Shown one piece after another: positions 17,504-28,448 of a stretch of DNA of 64,000 nucleotides. A program made the translations under genes and the position numbers. Under the pieces are notes generated by a model that ran no database searches, had not been told where the DNA came from, and saw nothing but the letters and a program-made list of their open reading frames with translations. Each line of letters opens with the position of its first letter. The first letter of the stretch is position 1. Origin of the DNA: a virus; IMG/VR virus record IMGVR_UViG_3300027419_000023; one strand, 5' to 3'.

Positions 17504-20004
17504 TGAAATGCAAATAGTCCTGTCTTCTTTGGTAATACTACTTTTTGTTTTTCAGTATTTAATACTTTTGGTACGCTTTCGAATCCGAAGAGACTGCTCT
17601 CCGTAAGTTTCCTTTTGCCAGTCGCTATATTTATGCCTATAGCCGAGAACACTCTTTCAAGGGGTGGCAACAATTGATGCTCTATATAGAAACTAGTATC
17701 AATACGACCGTCTGTCTCCTTAATATGCTCTAAGGTATCAACCATGAGACTAATGCCATCCTTAGATGCACCAGGTAAAGCCATATATCGAATACGATCA
17801 CCTAGTCCGGGTAGATTCTCACCACGTTCTCTCATTTTCTTATAACAAGTTACATGAGGTTGGATATTCTTGTAGCCTTCTATATTGCCGATCTTACGGC
17901 TAAGAACAAGTTTTTCTGCTAGTTCTGGATTAACTCTAATATCCTGTAGGGTTTTAACGGATAATATAACCTCATTGGTATATTTCCAGGCTTCGTCTAC
18001 TTTACCTTCGCATAGGATTAAATGAAGTACCTTATCCATGCTTTCGCCGACTAATGAAACCCAATCCCTCCTGCGTGTTTCGATGCCCCTGTACTTAATC
18101 TTGTCTTTCCAACCATCTTTTCCTTGTTCGAATATCCACATGGCATAGCGTTTTTTCTCAAAGATAATAGCACGTTTCGCAAAACACTCGAAATCGATTT
18201 CCATGGGCGGAGGCAATTTCGTTAGCATACTGTCATGGATGATTTTAGCGCACTTTTTACTCTCATCTGGGTCTGTTACTTTATTTAACCGGATAAACAC
18301 AGAATCTGTATCCCCGCCAACTACATGACAATCTACTAGTTCTTCCGCCGTTTTTCTAGTCAACTGAATCGCCATACGACCTACAGAAGTCACTGAATTA
18401 GCAAGTCTTGGATCGTAAAGCCTACCCCGAATAGCCCCGGTGTAGCCGTAAAACGAATTTAACAAAATTTTCACACTGTATTGTTGATTATCGTAGAATT
18501 CTCTCTCATTTTTGTCACTACACGACTTCATTAGTTTTTTTAATTCTACTCTTTTGTTGTATAGGTTAGTCAGAATCCTTGGCATTATACCTTCGTACAC
18601 GGAATGATCGGTATATCGTACTTCATTAGGAGCAGTTATTGTTTTGACATCTGTTTCTTCCTCATTTATGATAGACGACCAGCATATATTATAAGCTCGA
18701 ATAGCTGATGGATAAAGACTTTTATAGTCCATGATAATTAGGTTTTCGTGTAGCCCGCGCTCCGAATCAAGCACTTTACCTCCTGTTACTTTCTCGACTT
18801 TTTTGTCTTTGTCGTTGAGAGGCCATAGTCTTCCTTCCTTATAGAATTCTCGAAGTAACATTGACTCTATACGGCGAGACTGACCACCATTGATTGTCTC
18901 ATGAAGTAATAAGCCACAGTCTTTACTAATATTGATGTAACGGTCTATTAGTTTAAGTTCCTTTATGATGTCTTGGAGTAGGTCAGCATCTCGTCCCGCA
19001 TAATCAAGAAAGGACCGTAACTTACTTTCGGATCCGTTTAACCATATTTCACGCATTTCACTGGCTTTAATGTCTAGTTTTGGTCTGTTAAGTAATGTTT
19101 TGGAAACATTTTCCAAGCTATATGAAGTCAACGAATAATTTAGTTTAATTGCATTTAATAAGTCTATGTAAGCCCGACCTACCATATTAACTTCTTTACT
19201 TGCACCAAACGCTCTTATCTGGAATGGAGTTCCATCTCGGCCTAAATCATTAGGAATACCTAATATTTCTAGTCTCTTCTCAATATACGGAAAATCGAAT
19301 GTATCACCATTAAAAGCCATTACGATATCTGGATCATATTCTTTGAATATGTCCATAAAGGTTGATAACATCCAGAATTCATCAGGGAAATATTTGATGT
19401 TTTCGGTGTCTTGTCCTGGCTTAGCAACTAACACAAGGGTATTTCCAGTGTTGAAACTTATCGAAATTATGGTTATAGGATCTCTTTCCGGTATAGGCAC
19501 TCCAAATTCGGGAGGCAGTACTTCAATATCCAAGCCAAGAAATCGTAACGGAGCATTTTCCAGGATATTATGTAAGGGCTTCACGTTATTGCTATCAGCT
19601 TCGAGCCACTTCATGCCCCATAAGTCATTATCAGTCAGGAACCGAGCTGTAGCATATAGCACGTCAGCTTCGAAAATATCAACTATAGCTGGATGCCTTC
19701 TTAAGGAGTCTCGGATCTTCGGGACATCACTAGGTCTATTGACATAGACTTGCAGGACTTCTGTTCGTTCCTTTTGAAAACCAATTGGTAGAAATTTATA
19801 GTCCTCGAATACATCAGTAACTTCAGGAAGTTCCGACAGCATTTGCTTGACTTCGCTAGAGTTTCTTGGTAAAATATAAAAGTATGGCCTGAATCCAAGG
19901 ATGTCATGCTGAATAGAATTACCAGACTTATCGCGACCATATAAAGTAATCACCGGACCACGGCCACTATTCCTATATTTAGTGGATATTAATTGAAATT
20001 GCAT
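17500..20004 (-). CDS. polB: Family B DNA polymerase, archaeal type, intein-free
   Basis: LDIE, FNGDTFD, DYKSLYPS, KILLNSFYG, GDTDS, KKRY; ATG 20004 after GGAG. Confidence 0.97.
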   Translation of the reverse strand: MQFQLISTKYRNSGRGPVITLYGRDKSGNSIQHDILGFRPYFYILPRNSSEVKQMLSELPEVTDVFEDYKFLPIGFQKERTEVLQVYVNRPSDVPKIRDSLRRHPAIVDIFEADVLYATARFLTDNDLWGMKWLEADSNNVKPLHNILENAPLRFLGLDIEVLPPEFGVPIPERDPITIISISFNTGNTLVLVAKPGQDTENIKYFPDEFWMLSTFMDIFKEYDPDIVMAFNGDTFDFPYIEKRLEILGIPNDLGRDGTPFQIRAFGASKEVNMVGRAYIDLLNAIKLNYSLTSYSLENVSKTLLNRPKLDIKASEMREIWLNGSESKLRSFLDYAGRDADLLQDIIKELKLIDRYINISKDCGLLLHETINGGQSRRIESMLLREFYKEGRLWPLNDKDKKVEKVTGGKVLDSERGLHENLIIMDYKSLYPSAIRAYNICWSSIINEEETDVKTITAPNEVRYTDHSVYEGIMPRILTNLYNKRVELKKLMKSCSDKNEREFYDNQQYSVKILLNSFYGYTGAIRGRLYDPRLANSVTSVGRMAIQLTRKTAEELVDCHVVGGDTDSVFIRLNKVTDPDESKKCAKIIHDSMLTKLPPPMEIDFECFAKRAIIFEKKRYAMWIFEQGKDGWKDKIKYRGIETRRRDWVSLVGESMDKVLHLILCEGKVDEAWKYTNEVILSVKTLQDIRVNPELAEKLVLSRKIGNIEGYKNIQPHVTCYKKMRERGENLPGLGDRIRYMALPGASKDGISLMVDTLEHIKETDGRIDTSFYIEHQLLPPLERVFSAIGINIATGKRKLTESSLFGFESVPKVLNTEKQKVVLPKKTGLFAFQ

Positions 20005-20022
20005 GAGATTCTCCAATGGTAA

Positions 20023-20346
20023 TTAATATATGGCAACTAGTGTATTATTTTCGTCTCTTCTAAAATGATTACTATTCTTGACAATTTTATAATATTCTTT
20101 TGGTGTTAGCTCACTGAATCTTGGTGCAGCCTTAATAGCTTTGTCCCTAGCAACAAACTCATCAATGAAAAGTAACCTCAAGGTATTTAAAATATCTGGC
20201 ACCTCATCAATATTTTGGTCTCGTAATTCCTGGTACAATATGCATGGTTCTGTGCAGTTATCGCAGTTACAAGTTGTTAAGTCCGGACAATCTTGAATAA
20301 GCTCAATTATTATTGAATCGAAACGACTATTATTAATATGGAACAA
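20023..20346 (-). CDS. Hypothetical Cys-containing protein
   Basis: GGAGG SD with TTG start; CNCDNC..C. Confidence 0.5.
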   Translation of the reverse strand: MFHINNSRFDSIIIELIQDCPDLTTCNCDNCTEPCILYQELRDQNIDEVPDILNTLRLLFIDEFVARDKAIKAAPRFSELTPKEYYKIVKNSNHFRRDENNTLVAIY

Positions 20347-20413
20347 ATATATGCCTCCTAAAAAGTTAATAGGGTGTTAGTTTGGTTACTATGTTGTTAC
20401 TATGTTGTGGCAG

Positions 20414-20608
20414 CTATAATTTCCTTGGTTCAATTGCTTCTATGGAATGAGTTTCCAAGACGTCAATTACTTCGAAGTCAGCTGGTTTGACTGACGTTCG
20501 TACTATATCATTTGCGTCTTCTTCACTGATTGCATCCACAAGAACGGTAGCAGTTGAAACAGTCGTGGCAACAACCACGACCTCATAAGTCTTTAATTTT
20601 TCTGACAT
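20414..20608 (-). CDS. Hypothetical protein
   Basis: GGAGG SD; VDAISEEDA pattern common in small phage proteins. Confidence 0.55.
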   Translation of the reverse strand: MSEKLKTYEVVVVATTVSTATVLVDAISEEDANDIVRTSVKPADFEVIDVLETHSIEAIEPRKL

Positions 20609-20840
20609 GGTTTTTGATTTCCTCCATAAGATATAATAATACCGGCTTTTATGGCACCTATAGTAGATTTATTGGCTGATGTTTTTAGTAAATTTTCTAA
20701 CGCTTGTTCTTTGTTTTCAGGCAAATTCTTAAAGAACATTTCGATTTTTGACCGGGAAACTCCCCTTCTTCCACATAGTTTCGTTATCTGGCTTTTTGTT
20801 ATAGTTATGTTGATTCCTCCTGCGAATAATATAAAAATAA

Positions 20841-21164
20841 TTAGATTTTCTCTATTCTATATGCGTTCTCATATAGACTAAGGAACGGCATTCGTATTCC
20901 AAAAGTCCATATTTTGTAAGTCTGTCCTACTTCAAGTGAGGCATATCGATTAGCTGAAGAAAAGTCCATATGCCACAAGGTATCCTGAATGGAATATACG
21001 TTACCGTTTATGTCACTGAATAGATAAAGTCCACGATCGTTTACTACTTTAGACCACTTTTCTTTTACTGTTATGGTCATAGGACCTTGGTCTGTTGGCA
21101 TAGATGATGCTATTCCAATCGAACATAAGGACAAGACAATTACTATCGCAAATATTTTGTTCAT
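20841..21164 (-). CDS. Exported protein (DUF1523-like)
   Basis: Signal peptide; TVKEK..YLF..DT.W..F.S..Y..L..G.TY..GIR.PFLS.Y.N. Confidence 0.6.
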   Translation of the reverse strand: MNKIFAIVIVLSLCSIGIASSMPTDQGPMTITVKEKWSKVVNDRGLYLFSDINGNVYSIQDTLWHMDFSSANRYASLEVGQTYKIWTFGIRMPFLSLYENAYRIEKI

Positions 21165-21216
21165 TTCAATCCTCCTCTAAGTTATTCTTTACTTTTATTG
21201 TATTTATAAGTTTTGG

Positions 21217-21498
21217 CTACTTTATCTTCAGCACATTCCCGGTGTCTCTATCGTCCCAATCATCAAGGAACTCCACGAAACAACCTGGAGCCAACTGGAC
21301 CCTATCAATGATATTTGGCTGTTTTGTCAATATTCCTCCAATTTTTGTGAATACGTGAACGAGTTGACTAGGTTTTTCCGTTATGATCCTATACGAATCG
21401 CCTTCCAAGCAACCACCTGGAATTGGCTTGCCGCACTTACTACACGTAGTTGGCAACGGGTTTCCAAAGAACCTACCGCAATCGCATTTATAGCCCAT
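21217..21498 (-). CDS. Zn-ribbon protein
   Basis: CDCG..CSKCG; GGAGGT SD. Confidence 0.55.
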   Translation of the reverse strand: MGYKCDCGRFFGNPLPTTCSKCGKPIPGGCLEGDSYRIITEKPSQLVHVFTKIGGILTKQPNIIDRVQLAPGCFVEFLDDWDDRDTGNVLKIK

Positions 21499-21944
21499 GT
21501 TATACCTCCATAGAGTTTATTAGTATCCCTATTCCAAGGACAATCAACACTCCAATATGACAAATCCTATGAACAATATGACCAAACTTAGAAGAAATAG
21601 TAAACCCCCGATTAATATTCCAAAAAACGAGCTATCGTTATCATCGGAATAAATACCAAGTATCATCAATACAAACGAGAATGGCAACGTTAATAACCCG
21701 ACTACTTGTAAGTCATTCATATCAAATCACCAAGTAACTAATAGTTAGCTAAGTATTAATAGTTTTTGGTTGTTCAGTCTTTCCTGAGCCATGTAGGTTT
21801 ATTGTTCTTGACTTCTTGTTCAGTTAGCCAGCCTTTGCTGTGACATTCCGGACAATCTAACCAGCAGCCATAGTTTTCTGGTCCGGTTACAAAGAAACCT
21901 TGTCCATCGCAAATGAAGCACTTAATTGCTTTCATTACCGCAAT

Positions 21945-22160
21945 TTAACGCAACTGCATCCATACGCATGTATCAACATCAACGTTGCAATAAACATAAA
22001 TAGTATTATTTTTAATTTCGAAACTAGATATTTTACCCGTTTTCACCATTTCACTTAACTTTTCAGAAATTACGATATTTAAACATCCATGTTCTAATAT
22101 ACTAGCTAGTTTACAAACTTCTTCAAGCCTGTCATTAAGTTCATTAACTATATTAGTCAT
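21945..22160 (-). CDS. Hypothetical protein
   Basis: Coupled to helicase stop; GGAGTGA SD. Confidence 0.5.
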   Translation of the reverse strand: MTNIVNELNDRLEEVCKLASILEHGCLNIVISEKLSEMVKTGKISSFEIKNNTIYVYCNVDVDTCVWMQLR

Positions 22161-23765
22161 TCAATCACTCCTAATAGCTTCGAGAAACCACGGCATAAAT
22201 AGTCCACGGTATCTATTGACAAATGGTCCAAAGCTCTGATCAAGTATCCATGTTTCCGAGAAGTCGTCTGGTCCTCTAGTCGTCCTTCCACAGGCTTGCT
22301 GTAGCAGCATTGCAGTTGTAATATTATACCATTGCTGGTTGTCCAATTTATTGCGGGCTTTTATCCAAGCATCTCCAAGATGTGGAAACGGCACCTTCGC
22401 TATGATATTCATGGGATATTCGGGACCGTCCAACGAAATTCCTTCCTCGTAACGTACCGAAAGAAATATCGAGTCATCCTTCTTTTGCCACGACAACAGT
22501 GCCTTTTCTCTATAATCTCGTTCTTGTAGTAAGATATTATTATGGAGCTTATATAAGTTGTCGTATAGTAAATTGGCAACTACGTAGCTGCCGCAATGAA
22601 CGATAGTTTTCATACTATATGTATCATGAAGTTGCTTAATGCGAATAGCCATTTGTTTGGCTGTATGCTCTCTACTAGCATAGTTCATTGATCCAACGGG
22701 ATCATAATGTATGAGGCGTCTGGAAACATCTATTGGATGAGGAATCATTACGGACTTATATTGCGAGGTAACCATGCTGGTGGTAGGTGTTCCACTGGCC
22801 AGTACTACGCAATCAAGTTTAGCAACTAGATCTCCGAATACCACATGAGAATCCAGTAACTTAAAGTACGGTACCGGTAGTAACTCTTTCCGTCTCATTC
22901 CAGCATTCCAGACTTCTTCAATGTCCGAAGTCAATACGTATGGAACACCTGCCTTGATATAACGGAGTGCATTTGCACAAGCTGTTTCTTGTCTATGATA
23001 CTTATTATACTCGTGTTGGATGGCTTTAAGCCTCTTGATTTCGGGTGAAGTTGGTTTATTTTTAAATATCTGAGATCTATAATCGGTGCACTGTTTACCG
23101 AGATCCTTTACTATTTGCTGTAATTTATCATACTGACTTTCTAAGTGTGGTTTAACATCGAAAGTTTCCAGAAATTTCTGCAAGTTATTTGATTTATCAT
23201 ATATTTTAGATTTCTTGGTAATGTCTTTCAAGTTTAGATTCAATTCGATAGTTGCTTTATCCAGTAGAATACCCTCTAATTCCGAGGATTCATCCACGAA
23301 AAGTACAGAACACTCCGAATAAATTGATGGATCCGCAAGATACCTATGGAAGGTTGCTGCTCCGAAATCAAACTCTTTAAATGCTTTTTTGGCTGCCCTA
23401 TACGAACAATTCTCGCATACGGCGAAACCTTCTTCTTTGCTCGTGAATGGACACTCTTCGGCAGTGCAATCTACTATTCCGAGACACGGATAATTCCGCT
23501 TCCCTACAAGTTTCGGCAAGTCGAACAGGTTACCTGATTCAATTAGGGCTACCTGCGGCGAAGTGTAAACAACCTTGGCTAAATTATGCTCCTTTTCTAG
23601 GATTTTGCCTAAGACATACAAGTCAACCGATTTACCGCTGGCTGTTGGAGCGTTCAACTCAATTACTTTTTGTCCGCCTTCCCAGAGCTTTAGCATGCTT
23701 GTTATAGCATGTTCTTGACCTTGCCGAAACTTTCCGTATGGATTGTACTTCTGAAGGTTTGACAT
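22161..23765 (-). CDS. DinG/XPD-like SF2 helicase
   Basis: APTASGKS, GKRNYPC..C..C..C (Fe-S), VDES, SGT, EGISL, KVPFP, QQACGRTTR. Confidence 0.9.
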   Translation of the reverse strand: MSNLQKYNPYGKFRQGQEHAITSMLKLWEGGQKVIELNAPTASGKSVDLYVLGKILEKEHNLAKVVYTSPQVALIESGNLFDLPKLVGKRNYPCLGIVDCTAEECPFTSKEEGFAVCENCSYRAAKKAFKEFDFGAATFHRYLADPSIYSECSVLFVDESSELEGILLDKATIELNLNLKDITKKSKIYDKSNNLQKFLETFDVKPHLESQYDKLQQIVKDLGKQCTDYRSQIFKNKPTSPEIKRLKAIQHEYNKYHRQETACANALRYIKAGVPYVLTSDIEEVWNAGMRRKELLPVPYFKLLDSHVVFGDLVAKLDCVVLASGTPTTSMVTSQYKSVMIPHPIDVSRRLIHYDPVGSMNYASREHTAKQMAIRIKQLHDTYSMKTIVHCGSYVVANLLYDNLYKLHNNILLQERDYREKALLSWQKKDDSIFLSVRYEEGISLDGPEYPMNIIAKVPFPHLGDAWIKARNKLDNQQWYNITTAMLLQQACGRTTRGPDDFSETWILDQSFGPFVNRYRGLFMPWFLEAIRSD

Positions 23766-23898
23766 GATTAGTATCCTTCAGTGATTTGGTAGGCTGTATT
23801 CACTACATCGATGTCAGCCATCATCATGACGTACTCTTTTGAATATTGATATGTTTCAATGAGATCTCTTCTCCACCAGGAAACATCCTTAGCCATAT

Positions 23899-24177
23899 TT
23901 AATCCTCTCCGTTTATTTTAAATTTCACCCATATGAAACTATCCTGGGAACTACCAGATTTTGCTCCTCCAACAAACTTATGATAATGGTTACCTGAATC
24001 CAATACGGTTATATCCGGAAATTCCTCTCGGATAAAGTCCGCAACTACTTCGGTTGTCATTCCTATACCATAGAAATAGGAGTGCCATGCAGTTATCGTT
24101 CCGTTCTTATGAAACTTGAAGCCGTCTATTCCAACGATACCATTCTTCATAATGGATTTAGATGCTTTGGATGTCAC
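23899..24177 (-). CDS. Hypothetical protein
   Basis: GGTGA SD; promoter cassette at 24191-24229. Confidence 0.55.
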   Translation of the reverse strand: MTSKASKSIMKNGIVGIDGFKFHKNGTITAWHSYFYGIGMTTEVVADFIREEFPDITVLDSGNHYHKFVGGAKSGSSQDSFIWVKFKINGED

Positions 24178-24235
24178 TTAATTCACCTTCAAGTAGTAAT
24201 AGTGCTTTTGAGAATAAATAGTTTTTGGTTGGAAG

Positions 24236-24700
24236 TCAATACAATAAACCATATTTTAATTTAAAATTTCTAACAATACTAACAGCTTCATTTACTAGTC
24301 TCTCATAATTAACATTACAACAATGTCTTAAACATGTAGTACTTCGATTAATTCTAGGCAATTTACAACAATGATTCGTTATGTCAAAAAACCCGTACTT
24401 TTTATCAAATAAATAAGCTTTCTTTAGTTCTAGTAATTTGTTTGGATGTTCTTCTATCTGGCATTCATTGAAGAATCCGTTATATTTAGAACATTCTGTA
24501 CAACATCCAGATTCTAGCGTTCTATGCTTCTGCTTATTGCCAAGTTCTTTATTATATCTTTCTACATCCGGACAATTCGAACATACTGTTTTATTAAATT
24601 CTCTAAATACTAAATCTATAACTTCAAGAGATAACTCTACTAACTTCTGATCTTCAATTGATATAGCTTTTGTCATTCGTAATTCAGTTAATTCGTCCAT
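24236..24700 (-). CDS. Cys-rich hypothetical protein
   Basis: CSNC..GCC..C..CC..C..CC; ATG 24700 after GGAG; cassette at 24713-24754. Confidence 0.55.
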   Translation of the reverse strand: MDELTELRMTKAISIEDQKLVELSLEVIDLVFREFNKTVCSNCPDVERYNKELGNKQKHRTLESGCCTECSKYNGFFNECQIEEHPNKLLELKKAYLFDKKYGFFDITNHCCKLPRINRSTTCLRHCCNVNYERLVNEAVSIVRNFKLKYGLLY

Positions 24701-24783
24701 ACGTTTATCTCCAAGTACTAATAGCATCTCTAAGAATAAATAGTTTACGGTCCGAAAAATTTAATAAAAAAGGATAAAAAATA

Positions 24784-25164
24784 CTAGAGGTCCTCTAGCA
24801 TCTTGGTAAGTTCCTCTTCGGATTTGCTCGCTAAAGCACCTTCTTGCTTTTCTGCTAGTATGGCAAGGATTTTCTGACGCTTTGCTATCTTTTCGGCTTC
24901 CATCTGTCTTGCTGCAGCTTCAGCGAGTTTAACTTCAACTATGTACCGAACGATAGCCACCTGAAGGTCGAGCTCGGTATTCTCACTACTCTTTGAGCCA
25001 AGTAGACTCTCTTCCTTGCAAACCTTCAGTTTGGCATTTAGGACCTTAAAGATTCTATCAAGTTCCTGGACTGACAAGTCCCAAAGATCTTCAACTGACA
25101 GCATTCCTTTGTATGAGAACCGGAGTTTCATCCGGCTCGCTAATTCAAATATGTTTCCTACCAT
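24784..25164 (-). CDS. Conserved phage coiled-coil protein (partner of the 683-aa protein)
   Basis: FE.ASR.KLRF..KG.LSVEDLWDL; translationally coupled to 25165..27216. Confidence 0.7.
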   Translation of the reverse strand: MVGNIFELASRMKLRFSYKGMLSVEDLWDLSVQELDRIFKVLNAKLKVCKEESLLGSKSSENTELDLQVAIVRYIVEVKLAEAAARQMEAEKIAKRQKILAILAEKQEGALASKSEEELTKMLEDL

Positions 25165-27216
25165 TTAGAACACCACTTTTACGATTCTATTTACGTGGCC
25201 AGTGACCCTGACCACTAGGGAATTCCTTTGAGTCGAACTGAAGCCAAGTCCCGAAAGCTGTTCCTCGGAAGGTTCGACCCTCATCTTGCTACCCAGAGCT
25301 TCGAATACTCGCTTATGTTCTAGCAACTCGTTTTTCAAGTACTCGTTAAAGAAGCCATTAGGCTGTTCCGAGTTCTGACATCCCTTCAACATGAAGAAGA
25401 AATGCCGATTGCCGATACTATCTTGACCGTCCCAGTAATTAGGCGACATCATGACTACTGATACTAGATGGAATTGTTGGGTATCTAGATTCCAGAGTTT
25501 TCGAGATGTCAAACTGGACGGAATCTTTTCGATGATCTTGAAGCCGTCACGCCTACTATATTCAACGTCAGCTACTGGTACCTTTTCGCCTTGTCTCAGT
25601 TCCTTGTTATAGGTGAAGGAATGTATTTGTCCGTCAAACTCCACTTCAGCGGTGAAGCCAGACCTACCTCCTTTATGATTATAGTTATGGACGAATAGTT
25701 GGTAGGTACCCTCTGGTATCCGGGACAGATTGCTCCAAGTAATATTCTCTACAGCAATACCGTCCTTGGTTTGACGGGAAGGCTGCGTAATATCGACATC
25801 TAGTTCACCGGACGACACATGCATTCTCTTATGTGCGAAATATATATGGCCACCAGTTGGCTCAATGCAATGGGCATCAAAGTCGTTCTCGTTATCGTGG
25901 TTATCATTCCACTGGATGGAGAATCGCAGTGCACCACTAATATCTCCGCCAAGTGATTTAACACGTTGTTTCATGGAGTCGGTAATATTCCCGGAGTAGG
26001 CCCAAGAAAATCCATTATTCCACTTGAACATACTTGGAGCGTTTTTGTCCTGAGGTGCAATTAGACTTACCAAATTGCTCTGATGTCGGTTCTCTAGCAA
26101 GACCTCTACGTTTTGCACGGAAGGCAACACTTCGGATACAAATTTCTCTATTGAGATCTCTTCTATTCGATCAAAGCTCTTAGGAGAGATCGCCTGTTCC
26201 TTTGCAAGCTCTCCAAAGACATTACCCTTGAGATGCTTAGCTACGTCACGGTTAGCATAGATAATGTTGTTTACAGTGATGTCGTTTAATGTAGCATGCT
26301 GCCGTCCCAACGATTCCATGAAGCCTAGTTCTTTGACGGTCTTTTCTGCGTCCTGGAGCATCTTGGCCGTGAATATAGCTTTTGGCCTCTTGTAGTTACT
26401 TGGAGCGACTATAGCTTCGTACTTCCTTACTGCTTCGTCAAGATCAATTCCCTTGGAGATATCAACTAAGAGCACTCCAATGGAATGATTACGGATCTTG
26501 CTGATGACCGGACCTGCTAGGACAGATTGTTCCCAGGCATATAGGTCTTTCTCCCTAGGAGATAACTTTGCATATGCTTTTTGATGTTTCTGGAAGCTCT
26601 CTAAGACAGTTTTCCATTCTTCGCCCTTATAGAGAGAATTCTGGGCTATTAACTCCAGCACGGAAGCCACTGCATCTTCAGAGATTTCATCCAAGGATCT
26701 CTTGAATACGTTCCTTAGATCAGAGGCTCGTCCTCGAACAGTATCCAAAGTTAATCTTCCTGAAGTCTTAAATCGGTCTGGAAGCTCCACATACATATGT
26801 TCCCAGGTTACCACTTCCCCGGACTCCAATCTCTCGAAGTCTTTTTCTGTTCCCATACAGCAAGTATCTGTCACGAAGATTCCTGAGATGGTTCGTGACT
26901 TTACATACTCGGAAAGTACCTTAACTGATGGTCCGTATTTTGGCCCAGCTTCAAAGTCCCAAACGGAAGTTACAATACCGTTCTTTATGCTTACGACATT
27001 TCCGAAGGCCTTAACAAAATGCCGGCAAGCGGAACAGTCATTCTCGGTTCTTGTCCGGTAGACCTTGTTCATGCCCTCCGGAAAATTATACAAGTAAAGA
27101 TTCCATAGGGTATCCTTATCTACGTCAACGACGAATAGAGTATTTACGTCCTTGATCATGCTATCAACATGTTTATTTAATTTCCTTTCCAAATCTGCGA
27201 AGATTTCCGTCATCAT
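25165..27216 (-). CDS. Large conserved phage protein with YfaP/DUF2135-like C-terminal region
   Basis: 683 aa; N-terminal CSACR; DFDAH..ELDVD..AVENITW. Confidence 0.65.
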   Translation of the reverse strand: MMTEIFADLERKLNKHVDSMIKDVNTLFVVDVDKDTLWNLYLYNFPEGMNKVYRTRTENDCSACRHFVKAFGNVVSIKNGIVTSVWDFEAGPKYGPSVKVLSEYVKSRTISGIFVTDTCCMGTEKDFERLESGEVVTWEHMYVELPDRFKTSGRLTLDTVRGRASDLRNVFKRSLDEISEDAVASVLELIAQNSLYKGEEWKTVLESFQKHQKAYAKLSPREKDLYAWEQSVLAGPVISKIRNHSIGVLLVDISKGIDLDEAVRKYEAIVAPSNYKRPKAIFTAKMLQDAEKTVKELGFMESLGRQHATLNDITVNNIIYANRDVAKHLKGNVFGELAKEQAISPKSFDRIEEISIEKFVSEVLPSVQNVEVLLENRHQSNLVSLIAPQDKNAPSMFKWNNGFSWAYSGNITDSMKQRVKSLGGDISGALRFSIQWNDNHDNENDFDAHCIEPTGGHIYFAHKRMHVSSGELDVDITQPSRQTKDGIAVENITWSNLSRIPEGTYQLFVHNYNHKGGRSGFTAEVEFDGQIHSFTYNKELRQGEKVPVADVEYSRRDGFKIIEKIPSSLTSRKLWNLDTQQFHLVSVVMMSPNYWDGQDSIGNRHFFFMLKGCQNSEQPNGFFNEYLKNELLEHKRVFEALGSKMRVEPSEEQLSGLGFSSTQRNSLVVRVTGHVNRIVKVVF

Positions 27217-27290
27217 ATCACTCCTTTGTACTTCTTTATACTATACTCGATGAGAATAAATAGTTTTTGGTTGAATATCAAAAACTAATT

Positions 27291-27596
27291 TTATATATTT
27301 TTTAGTTTTCTTTGTAGTTTTTCGATTTCCTCGAGTATGTTTTGCTTTTCTTCCTCTTTCTTCGAATTTGCTCTTTCTGATTCCATGCTATTAACTACGT
27401 CCATAAGATCCCGAACGCTTTCTACTACCATACAGCTAATTAGAGGATTTTCTTCCTGAATATACTCTCCCAGAACTTGTCGTATTTCCTGATGTTCGTT
27501 TTTAGTTCCGTATTTTGACAAATGAATTAATTTGCTTCCGCACCCAATCGTATAATCGCAACCTTCTCCTTCTTGTTTCATGTAGAGATAATACAC
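27291..27596 (-). CDS. Hypothetical protein
   Basis: Q.GEGCDYTIGCG motif, C-terminal coiled coil. Confidence 0.55.
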   Translation of the reverse strand: MYYLYMKQEGEGCDYTIGCGSKLIHLSKYGTKNEHQEIRQVLGEYIQEENPLISCMVVESVRDLMDVVNSMESERANSKKEEEKQNILEEIEKLQRKLKNI

Positions 27597-28205
27597 CTAA
27601 ATCGACCTCCAAACTTTAACGGTATTCTTCGGACTCCATATACCAGAATCTTGCCATTCAATTGGCTTGATACTGTGGACATACGGTACGCAACATGGGA
27701 TAGCTACGAGACTGCGAACCTTGCCTTTAACATGTTGCAAGATGTTCTGGAGACTAGCATGGCTATGGACAGCTACAATAACTACCCTTTCAAAATCTAA
27801 TAGAGTTGGATAGATTTCCTCAACTTTAGAATCATAGCATGTTAATCGTTGAATCTTTTCTTCGTAATCGCAACAATTCTTAAGCAACGGATCAATACTT
27901 ATACAATTCCATTTGGTCCGGAAGGCAAATAATGCGGCAGTCCTAGGAGTAGTACCATCTCCTACCGAAACCAAAGTAATATCAGGATCATTGAAGTCGT
28001 ACTGCTTGAGTTTGGTACGTACAGCATTTAATGCTCCATAACTTTCAGTGACTTCTTTCGCATCCGGAAATAGTCCTAGATGTAACATGTCGGATCCAGA
28101 CTTATTAAGTCTAATAAACTCATTCATGTAACGGTATTGGCCGTGATTGAAGGACCAGATTGTCTTATTGATAGCTTCTGAGAGTTCTGCATTATGCTTT
28201 GACAT
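27597..28205 (-). CDS. Putative class I SAM-dependent methyltransferase
   Basis: VSVGDG.TPRTA, SIDP, AVHSHA, AIPCC. Confidence 0.6.
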   Translation of the reverse strand: MSKHNAELSEAINKTIWSFNHGQYRYMNEFIRLNKSGSDMLHLGLFPDAKEVTESYGALNAVRTKLKQYDFNDPDITLVSVGDGTTPRTAALFAFRTKWNCISIDPLLKNCCDYEEKIQRLTCYDSKVEEIYPTLLDFERVVIVAVHSHASLQNILQHVKGKVRSLVAIPCCVPYVHSIKPIEWQDSGIWSPKNTVKVWRSI

Positions 28206-28448
28206 ATTAATCACCTTCCTACGAACATAAATCCGTTATCATGCCTAAGCAAAAGATCATGATCATTAGTGATCCTAAGAAACATATCATTCCTGCAGCA
28301 TCATCTCTATTCCATATATAAGCCGAAAATATTAGTGATCCAATAGCTATGATAGTTGATCCAACTATTCCTACTAATGCTAAAGTGTTATCTAACATAC
28401 TATCATATAAGTTGTTTTTCTATTTATAAGTTTTGGTTAGCAAAAAAG

